Origin: Candidatus Hydrogenedentota bacterium
Lineage (GTDB): Bacteria > Hydrogenedentota > Hydrogenedentia > Hydrogenedentales > SLHB01
Assembly (NCBI GenBank): GCA_963668025.2
Contig: CAXXTH010000017.1
Span: 384,001 to 448,000, forward strand
Reading direction: 5' to 3'
Length of the DNA stretch: 64,000 nucleotides
The position numbers were made by a program, and so were the translations under genes. Below are positions 57,473 through 64,000 of the stretch, in pieces. The notes beneath the pieces were generated by a model. It had not been told where the DNA came from and did no database searches. It saw only the letters and a list, made by a program, of their open reading frames with translations. Within the stretch, counting starts at the first letter, position 1; every line of letters begins with the position of its first letter.

Positions 57473-58633
57473 ATGCCGAACGAGCAGGAAACCGCTTATT
57501 GGCTTGATCTATTCACCGGAACAACTTGGGAAGAATTTCTCAAGGCCGGTGGAACGGTCAGTGGTTTCCGGCATCGAATGCGTAAGACAGTAGAAAAAAT
57601 CCAACCGAACGATATATTACTTTGCTATTTAACGGGTGTTCAGCGTTGGGTGGGTGCGCTTCGCGTGATCGGTCCCAGCAATGATCAATCTGGAATTTGG
57701 AGTTTTGCCGAATTTCCTGCTCGACTCGCGGTTGAAATCATCGTCAAATTATCACCAGAACAGGGAATCCCTATGGCCGATCTTGAAGGCAAGGTTGCTT
57801 TCTACAAAGGCCCGAAAGACGCAGGCAAGTTTAAGGCCTTCCTGCGTGGCAGCCCGCGCTTATTTCAGTCATCCCAAGATGGACAACTTATCATGAACCT
57901 TCTTCGTGAAACGGAGAAGAATCCCGTGAAACGACCTGTCGATCCTCGTAAACTTGCTCGCAAACCTCTTTTTGTAACTCAAGAGCGCCGCGGGCAGAAA
58001 ACAATTGTGACAAAAGTTTCTATCCCGGATTCAGAGGAAGACACTAACGAAGATAATCAGCCGCAAGAATCCTGGCCCAAGGATGAATCCGTCACTAAAC
58101 ATACTGAAATACAATATCATCTTTTGAAACTCGGTGCTGAGATGGGTCTTGATGTCTGGGTAGCCCGCAATGATCGAAGCCGAATTTGCAAAGGAAAAAT
58201 GCTCGGTGATTTGCCCCGTATGATTCCTGAATTGCCTACACAGTTCAACGAAGCCACAAACCGTACAATTGAGCTAATCGATGTTCTCTGGATACAAGGC
58301 AACAGCATTGTCGCTGCTTTCGAAATAGAAAGCACCACTTCGATTTACTCTGGACTGCTGCGCATGAGTGATTTGCTGGCACTCCAGCCCAATCTTGACA
58401 TTAACCTGTTTCTTGTTGCTCCTGAGGAGCGAAGGGGAAAGGTTGAACAGGAAATTCTTCGCCCAACATTCAAACTGCGCAATAAGCCTCTAGCAAATGT
58501 TTGCGGTTTCATTGGCTTTTCTGATTTGTGTGAGCGTCTCAATGCTATAAGAAAGCTCCAATTGGCTAAGTCGCTCAAGCCTGAGTTTTTGAAGGACATG
58601 GCCGAGTACTTTGGTGAGGAGAATAAAAAATAA
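57473..58633 (+). CDS. EVE-domain protein fused to a PD-(D/E)xK-like nuclease (putative modification-dependent restriction enzyme)
   Basis: N-term YWLDLF...W......G.SGF.......IQPNDILLCY (EVE/PUA-like). C-term HTEIQ..L..LG..MG.DVWVA.ND, IDVLW...AFEIESTTSIYSGLLRMSDL. Visibly AT-richer than its flanks. Confidence 0.75.
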   Translation: MPNEQETAYWLDLFTGTTWEEFLKAGGTVSGFRHRMRKTVEKIQPNDILLCYLTGVQRWVGALRVIGPSNDQSGIWSFAEFPARLAVEIIVKLSPEQGIPMADLEGKVAFYKGPKDAGKFKAFLRGSPRLFQSSQDGQLIMNLLRETEKNPVKRPVDPRKLARKPLFVTQERRGQKTIVTKVSIPDSEEDTNEDNQPQESWPKDESVTKHTEIQYHLLKLGAEMGLDVWVARNDRSRICKGKMLGDLPRMIPELPTQFNEATNRTIELIDVLWIQGNSIVAAFEIESTTSIYSGLLRMSDLLALQPNLDINLFLVAPEERRGKVEQEILRPTFKLRNKPLANVCGFIGFSDLCERLNAIRKLQLAKSLKPEFLKDMAEYFGEENKK

Positions 58634-58818
58634 AGGCTGTCCGTATAGGTGTTTTTAATTGATTGTTTTATGATTATATCCAGTCGTTCTTGGAATATTC
58701 AGTAAAAGCTTCATTAATGATGTAGTAAATGATTTTATTGTGTTTTTCAGGACGGCTGATAATCAACGAGATTGAATCTTGTCCATCTTGTAAATCATGT
58801 CAAAAAAAGGAAACCGCG

Positions 58819-59955
58819 ATGAACGTACCGTTGCTCGACCTCAAAGCCCAGTTGGCTCCGATTGAAGAGGAGATCACCCAGGCCGCACTCGATGTGATCC
58901 GCTCGACGCGCTATATCATGGGGCCGAAAGTCGAGGAGTTCGAGCAGGCCATCGCGGAGTACGTGGGAGTTGCTCATGCCATCGGCGTGTCTTCCGGCAC
59001 GGACGCCTTGCTGGCGTCGCTCATGGCGCTCGATGTGGGGCCGGGCGACGTAGTGGTGACGTCGCCCTATTCGTTTTTCGCCACGGCGGGGGCCATCGCC
59101 CGCCTGGGTGCTACGCCCGCGTTCGTGGACATCGATCCCGATACGTACAACATGGACCCCACGGCGCTGTACGACTGGTTCGAGTCGGAAGGCGAACGGC
59201 GCGGTCCCGTGAAGGCGATCATCCCCGTGCATCTGTATGGCCAATGCGCCGACATGGAAGCGATTCTCGAAGTGGCCGAGGCATTCGGCGCACCTGTCGT
59301 CGAAGATGCGGCCCAAGCCATCGGCGCGAAGTATCCCACGGAGGAGGGCGTATTGCGTGCAGGAGCGATGGGCGCGATGGGCTGTTTCTCGTTTTTTCCG
59401 AGCAAGAACCTCGGCGGCGTCGGAGACGGCGGCATCATCACCACCAACGACGAGGCGCTCGCCCATCGCCTGCGCATGCTGCGCAACCATGGCATGGAGC
59501 CGAAATACCATCACGGCATGATTGGCGGCAATTTCCGGCTTGATGCGCTCCAGGCGGCGGTCTTGCGCGTAAAGCTCCGGTATCTGGAATCGTGGCATGA
59601 AGGCCGCCGGAAAAATGCGGCGTACTATGACGAACATCTCAGCGGCATGGGACTCAAGACGCCCACGGCGGCCTACGGACGCGAGTGCCATATCTACAAT
59701 CAGTACATCGTGTCCGTGCCCGAAGGGCGTGATGAACTGCGGGCGTTTCTCCAGGAAAAACAAATCGGCTCGGAGATCTATTACCCCGTACCCTTCCACT
59801 TGCAGCCGTGTTTCGCATCACTAGGCTATCAGCGCGGCGATTTCCCGCATAGCGAATATGCGGCCGACCACACCATCGCCTTGCCCATCTACGCCGAACT
59901 CACACAAGAGATGCTCGATTACATCATCGAGAGCATTGGCGAAAAAATAGCCTGA
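58819..59955 (+). CDS. DegT/DnrJ/EryC1/StrS PLP-dependent nucleotide-sugar aminotransferase
   Basis: [46 protein letters not shown]. Confidence 0.92.
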   Translation: MNVPLLDLKAQLAPIEEEITQAALDVIRSTRYIMGPKVEEFEQAIAEYVGVAHAIGVSSGTDALLASLMALDVGPGDVVVTSPYSFFATAGAIARLGATPAFVDIDPDTYNMDPTALYDWFESEGERRGPVKAIIPVHLYGQCADMEAILEVAEAFGAPVVEDAAQAIGAKYPTEEGVLRAGAMGAMGCFSFFPSKNLGGVGDGGIITTNDEALAHRLRMLRNHGMEPKYHHGMIGGNFRLDALQAAVLRVKLRYLESWHEGRRKNAAYYDEHLSGMGLKTPTAAYGRECHIYNQYIVSVPEGRDELRAFLQEKQIGSEIYYPVPFHLQPCFASLGYQRGDFPHSEYAADHTIALPIYAELTQEMLDYIIESIGEKIA

Positions 59956-59963
59956 TTCAATTA

Positions 59964-60030
59964 ACCACTAAATACACGAACCACACTAAAATAAATGGCC
60001 TATTTTAGTGTGGTTAGCGTATTTCGTGGT
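59964..60030. repeat. Long intergenic hairpin (REP-like, likely bidirectional terminator)
   Basis: Perfect 15-bp stem AACCACACTAAAATA/TATTTTAGTGTGGTT extended by ACCACTAAATAC/GTATTTCGTGGT, between convergent genes. Confidence 0.7.
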
Positions 60031-60046
60031 CTATAAAATAGTTTTC

Positions 60047-62623
60047 CTAGACAGGCAGGGCCGCATCGGAGGCCAGCCGCGTCGCGGCCTTGAGCACCCT
60101 TGCGGAATCAGGGTCGATGCCGAGCAATGCCAATACTTCACGGGGGCGGACGCCGCGCGTCTCCACGACTTGCGTTTCAAGCTCAATTTCGAGTCCGCTC
60201 GGGTCCGCATTGGCCAGCGCCAGCCGCGTGATCATGGGGCGGACATTCACCGCGACGGTCTCCGCGCCCGAGCGCGCCGCCTTGCCTTTCGCCTTGCGCG
60301 GCATGGGGAGATGCTCGGCGTTCAGCACGGCTTCGATGCGCGCCTGCACGGCCGCCGCATCACCCGGCGCGCGCACGATGTAACTGAACCCGGTCACATC
60401 GCTCATCAGCGAGGGGGCCTTGATTGGGATCTCCATCGCATCGAAAACGCGAAAACCTTCCGGCAGCGTGGCGTTCAACTGTTCTTGAAGAGCAGCGGGA
60501 TTCAGTGGTTCGCGCAAGAGGATATCCATATAGTCCGCTTCCGACTCCTCGCCCACGGGCGCGGCGGTGGCGAAGTTAATCTTAGGGTGGGCGTGGAAGC
60601 CCTGCGAGTGGGATAACGGCGCACCCACCCGCCGCAAGGCGCGAATCCACATACTCACCGTTTCGAGGTGCGATAGGAACCGCACCAGGCCCCGGCGGGC
60701 GATGCGTAGCCGTATGCGCTGCGCCGTGGGAGGCTCGGTGAACTCAGGAAGCGGCTGCGGTGCGGGCTGTTCGGCCCGCGTGCGGGCTGCCTCCATGGCT
60801 TCGCGCAAGGTGCGCTCGCAGAGCGGGCGGTCCGGATTGGACACGCCGCATCCGTGGCACCCCGCCTGCCTGCAATCGGCCACATGCTCCATATCGAGGG
60901 CGCGCTGCCATTCCGCCCGAAGCCAGGATTTCGGGATCAACACATCGATGTGATCCCACGGCAGGCGTTCGTTCAAGTCCCGCGCACGGAACGCCTCTTC
61001 GACGTTATAACCAGTCTCGTCAATCGCACCGCGCCAAGCCATCATGTTCAGGTGTTCATCCGACGAATCCATGCGCGCGCCGAGACGCCACGCGGTTTCG
61101 ATCAGGTCCGCCGCACGGCGGTCCGCCCGCGACAGCATCCCCTCGATGAAGGTCGATTCTGGTGTGTGGCGTCCGAACTTGATGCCGTTGTGCGGGGCGA
61201 ATCCCTCCCGCAGCAGGCCTTGCCGCCGGATGGTTTCCTCCATGGGGATCTGGGCCGCCCACTGGAATGGCGTGAAGGGCTTGGGCACGAACGTGGACAC
61301 GCCTGTATGCACCCGCGCCCGGCGGTTCACGGTTTTGCCCGCATCGAGGGTCCGTAGGCACAAATCCACAATCGCCTCGACATCTTCGTCCCGCTCCGTT
61401 GGCAGGCCGATCATGAAATAGGCCTTCACGTGGGTCCAGCCCCGGCGGAACGCCTCGCGGCTCATGGCGATGAAATCCTCGTCAGGGATCCATTTGTTGA
61501 TGACCGCGCGCAGGCGAGGGGTGGCCGCTTCCGGCGCGAAGGTCAGCCCGCTCCGGCGCACCCCCGCGATACGGTCCGCTAAGTCGATGGCAAATGTATC
61601 CAGCCGCAGCGACGGCAGGGAAACGCTGGCGTCGGTGGCGCGGGCGCGTTCCGCAGCGCGCTGTACAAGCTCAGCGGCATGGCTGTGGTCGCAGGTCGAG
61701 AGCGACACCAGCGACACCTCTTCATAACCGGTGCGATCGAGGGCCTCCTGCATGAGGCGGTCCACGGTGTCCACGGTGCGTTCGCGGACGGGACGGCCCA
61801 CCATGCCCGCCTGGCAGAACCGGCAGCCATGGGTGCAGCCCCGCAATACATCGAGGCCTACCCGGTCGTGGACTTGCTGGGTGAAGGGCACAATATAACA
61901 CGTGGGGAACGGTGCGCGGTCCAGGTCCGTGACCACGCGCTTCGTGATGCGCGGGCCGTTTTCCACGGGCACGATGCGCCCATCGGGCAGCGTCTCCATG
62001 GGGTACAAGGCAGGCACATACACGCCCGGTATGCTGGCCAACGCTTCAAGACGTTCGCGGCGCGAACGGCCCTTCAGCGCCCGCAGGCATTCCGCCACTT
62101 CGACAACCGCCTCTTCGCCATCGCCGATGACGAAGAAGTCCATGAACGGGGCCATCGGTTCGGGATTGTATGCCGTAGGCCCACCCGCGCACACCAGCGG
62201 GTGTTCTTCCGTGCGGTCCGCCGCCCGTAATGGCACGCCTCCCAAATCGAGCATGTTCAAGACATTCGTATAGGTCAGCTCGGACTGGAGCGTGAAGCCC
62301 AGCAAATCCATGCGGTGCAGCGGGTCTTTCGATTCCACGGCGAACAAAGGCGCGCCCAGTTCGCGCAGCAACGCATCGAGGTCCGGCGCGGGCGCATAGG
62401 CCCGTTCGCAGGCGCACCACGGCAAGTCGTTGAGAATAGCGTAGAGGATCAGCAGGCCCAAATTGCCCAGCCCCAAATCGTATAGGTCGGGAAACGCTAG
62501 CGCCACCCGCAGGTCCACGGCGCGGGGGTCTTTGTGCACGGAATTTAATTCAGTGCCCAGATACTGCCCCGGATGCTCCACTCGAGACAGAATATCGCGT
62601 TCAAAATCAACGGTGTGTGCCAT
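60047..62623 (-). CDS. TIGR03960-type radical SAM protein fused to a TIGR03936/DUF2344 domain
   Basis: QYLG.E.N, FPDLY, RGCTHGCRFCQAG (CxxxCxxC), TFAPEA, YFMIGLP, FVPKPFTPFQW. C-terminal FLSHLE..SQGFHAHPK..F. Confidence 0.85.
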   Translation of the reverse strand: MAHTVDFERDILSRVEHPGQYLGTELNSVHKDPRAVDLRVALAFPDLYDLGLGNLGLLILYAILNDLPWCACERAYAPAPDLDALLRELGAPLFAVESKDPLHRMDLLGFTLQSELTYTNVLNMLDLGGVPLRAADRTEEHPLVCAGGPTAYNPEPMAPFMDFFVIGDGEEAVVEVAECLRALKGRSRRERLEALASIPGVYVPALYPMETLPDGRIVPVENGPRITKRVVTDLDRAPFPTCYIVPFTQQVHDRVGLDVLRGCTHGCRFCQAGMVGRPVRERTVDTVDRLMQEALDRTGYEEVSLVSLSTCDHSHAAELVQRAAERARATDASVSLPSLRLDTFAIDLADRIAGVRRSGLTFAPEAATPRLRAVINKWIPDEDFIAMSREAFRRGWTHVKAYFMIGLPTERDEDVEAIVDLCLRTLDAGKTVNRRARVHTGVSTFVPKPFTPFQWAAQIPMEETIRRQGLLREGFAPHNGIKFGRHTPESTFIEGMLSRADRRAADLIETAWRLGARMDSSDEHLNMMAWRGAIDETGYNVEEAFRARDLNERLPWDHIDVLIPKSWLRAEWQRALDMEHVADCRQAGCHGCGVSNPDRPLCERTLREAMEAARTRAEQPAPQPLPEFTEPPTAQRIRLRIARRGLVRFLSHLETVSMWIRALRRVGAPLSHSQGFHAHPKINFATAAPVGEESEADYMDILLREPLNPAALQEQLNATLPEGFRVFDAMEIPIKAPSLMSDVTGFSYIVRAPGDAAAVQARIEAVLNAEHLPMPRKAKGKAARSGAETVAVNVRPMITRLALANADPSGLEIELETQVVETRGVRPREVLALLGIDPDSARVLKAATRLASDAALPV

Positions 62624-62685
62624 GATGCTTTCTATCGGCGGCGGCGCGCCAGCGTATGCTCGTGTGGCGGGAAATACAATACATG

Positions 62686-62713
62686 CGCCGCCACCCGATG
62701 GCGGATGGCGGCG
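62686..62713. terminator. GC-rich hairpin after the Trm112-like gene
   Basis: CGCCGCCA...TGGCGGCG stem; weak U-tract. Confidence 0.3.
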
Positions 62714-62724
62714 TGAGCCAGCAA

Positions 62725-62979
62725 TTAGAGTTGTGCGAGCGGGATGGCTTCGTCGATGAGCATGATGGGGATATCATCGCGAATGGGGTACAGATACGCT
62801 TGATCCTCGCGCACCAGCCCGCCGTCGATGCGTTCCTTGACAGGCTCTCCGGCGCGATTGTTTAATTTGCCCGCCTCGATGGCCGCATTAAGTTGCGCCA
62901 CAAGCGCATCTTCCGCCAGCGCCACGGGCGTTTTGTTCTCGGGGCATACGAGAATTTTTAATAATTCGGCGTCAATCAT
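62725..62979 (-). CDS. Trm112/YcaR-family protein
   Basis: MIDAELLKILVCPENK...YPIRDDIPIMLIDEAI. GGGAG RBS. Confidence 0.88.
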   Translation of the reverse strand: MIDAELLKILVCPENKTPVALAEDALVAQLNAAIEAGKLNNRAGEPVKERIDGGLVREDQAYLYPIRDDIPIMLIDEAIPLAQL

Positions 62980-63183
62980 GGTGCTCTCCCTCTTGTGATG
63001 CGTGTTCGAGGGCGTATTGTAGCCCAAAATGGAGCGGCGTCCAACTTTCCTAGAAGCCACAGCGGCTACAGCAAAAGCGCCTCGCCCATGGCGCGAACGA
63101 TATAGCCATCGTTTTCACGGGCGAGGCGTCCATGCCATGCGAGATTGGGCAAGAAATAGAATGATTCTGAATATGCCCGGCGG

Positions 63184-64000
63184 CTATTCGAGGTGCAGTT
63201 CCACCCGCCGATTCAAGGCGCGGCCTGCGCTGGCCGTGTTGTCGCCCACAGGCTGGGCGGCGCCCACAAGCGTGACGCGAATACGTTCCGCTCCGACGCC
63301 TTGCTCGATAAGCGCCCGCTGAACAGCTTCGGCGCAACGCCTCGCCAGGTCCATGTTGTAGGTTTCCGAGTGGGTGTTGTCCGTGTGCCCGGCGACGTTC
63401 AGGCGAAGAGCGGGAGCCGCCGAGAGCAATAAAGCCGCGCCGCGCAGATAGCCGCGCTGGTCCGCTGTCAGCGTCGCGCTGCCTTCCGCGAAATATACCG
63501 GGCTGAGTTCCGGATAAGCGTCCGGCGCGCCGTCGTCATCCATCCACCGGTTCACCGTCTCGGGTTCATTCGGCGCTCTATCCAGCATGTCAGGGATGTT
63601 GTCGCCATCGTTATCGAGGTCAGGCGCGCCGTCCTCGTCTTGAAAACCATCCGTATCTTCGGGCGTAAATGGCGCGCCATCCGCCAAATCAACAATGCTG
63701 TCCGTATCAGCGTCTTGTTTATCGAGGCTGTCCATGGCCTGGGTGGCGTTTGTGATGGATTGCGCCGCTATGCGCCACGAGCCGCGCTTACCCAATTCCT
63801 GTTTTGCCTGGCTCATCCAAGCAGTGATATCGGCGTACGCCACCGGAGCCACCACAACGGCTTTTTCGGGTAAAATGCCGCTGTACCGCTGCTGGGCCTG
63901 CTCGAAAGCAGCTTGGCATTCGGCCTGGCTCGCGCATGTAGCGGGAGGCGCGGCTTCCACGGGCGCATCGCCCAGGGCCGCCGCCGCATGCTGTAACGCC
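63184..64000 (-). CDS. OmpA-family peptidoglycan-binding protein with thrombospondin type-3-like acidic repeats (5' end outside the window)
   Basis: D.D.DG..D...DG.PD repeats, then VYF..GS, VAGHTD, N..LA, G..QP, GRALNRRVE. Confidence 0.85.
   Translation of the reverse strand, partial: ALQHAAAALGDAPVEAAPPATCASQAECQAAFEQAQQRYSGILPEKAVVVAPVAYADITAWMSQAKQELGKRGSWRIAAQSITNATQAMDSLDKQDADTDSIVDLADGAPFTPEDTDGFQDEDGAPDLDNDGDNIPDMLDRAPNEPETVNRWMDDDGAPDAYPELSPVYFAEGSATLTADQRGYLRGAALLLSAAPALRLNVAGHTDNTHSETYNMDLARRCAEAVQRALIEQGVGAERIRVTLVGAAQPVGDNTASAGRALNRRVELHLE

Noticed and set aside
1-64000. CRISPR array, tRNA or rRNA genes
   Set aside because: No regularly spaced direct repeats, cloverleaf with T-loop GTTCGA context, or rRNA-like segment recognised in any intergenic region.

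Overview
A GC-rich bacterial chromosomal window, densely coding, with no rRNA, tRNA or CRISPR array that I can see. The gene content points to an anaerobe or facultative anaerobe with two membranes (LolA, OmpA, ArnT/PAP2, class II RNR, CODH/ACS). The centrepiece is a minus-strand CODH/acetyl-CoA synthase operon (10951-24259): cooC, core-MetE/MesB-like methyltransferase, stand-alone homocysteine-methyltransferase domain, cooC, VOC-fold protein, cooS, a natural acsB::acsD fusion (1248 aa), acsC, and RACo. It has no acsE or folate-branch genes in the window, which suggests folate-independent methionine synthesis from acetyl-CoA via CFeSP. Other notable items: (1) a thyX-nrdJ operon preceded by two NrdR-box-like sites 31 bp apart; (2) a candidate ~112-nt sRNA downstream of rtcB whose unpaired segments are all anti-Shine-Dalgarno-like C tracts; (3) an IS1380-type element with 24-bp imperfect IRs; (4) an AT-richer EVE + PD-(D/E)xK-like nuclease gene behind leuS; (5) a diverged ~107-bp dispersed repeat next to both of those accessory insertions; (6) a tandem trio of paralogous unknown secreted proteins; (7) many REP/MITE-like intergenic palindromes. 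The rest is housekeeping (asd, priA, rtcB, maf, lolA, divIVA, proC, FNR, leuS) and envelope/polysaccharide genes. All product calls come from motifs I recognised by eye; no database search was run.
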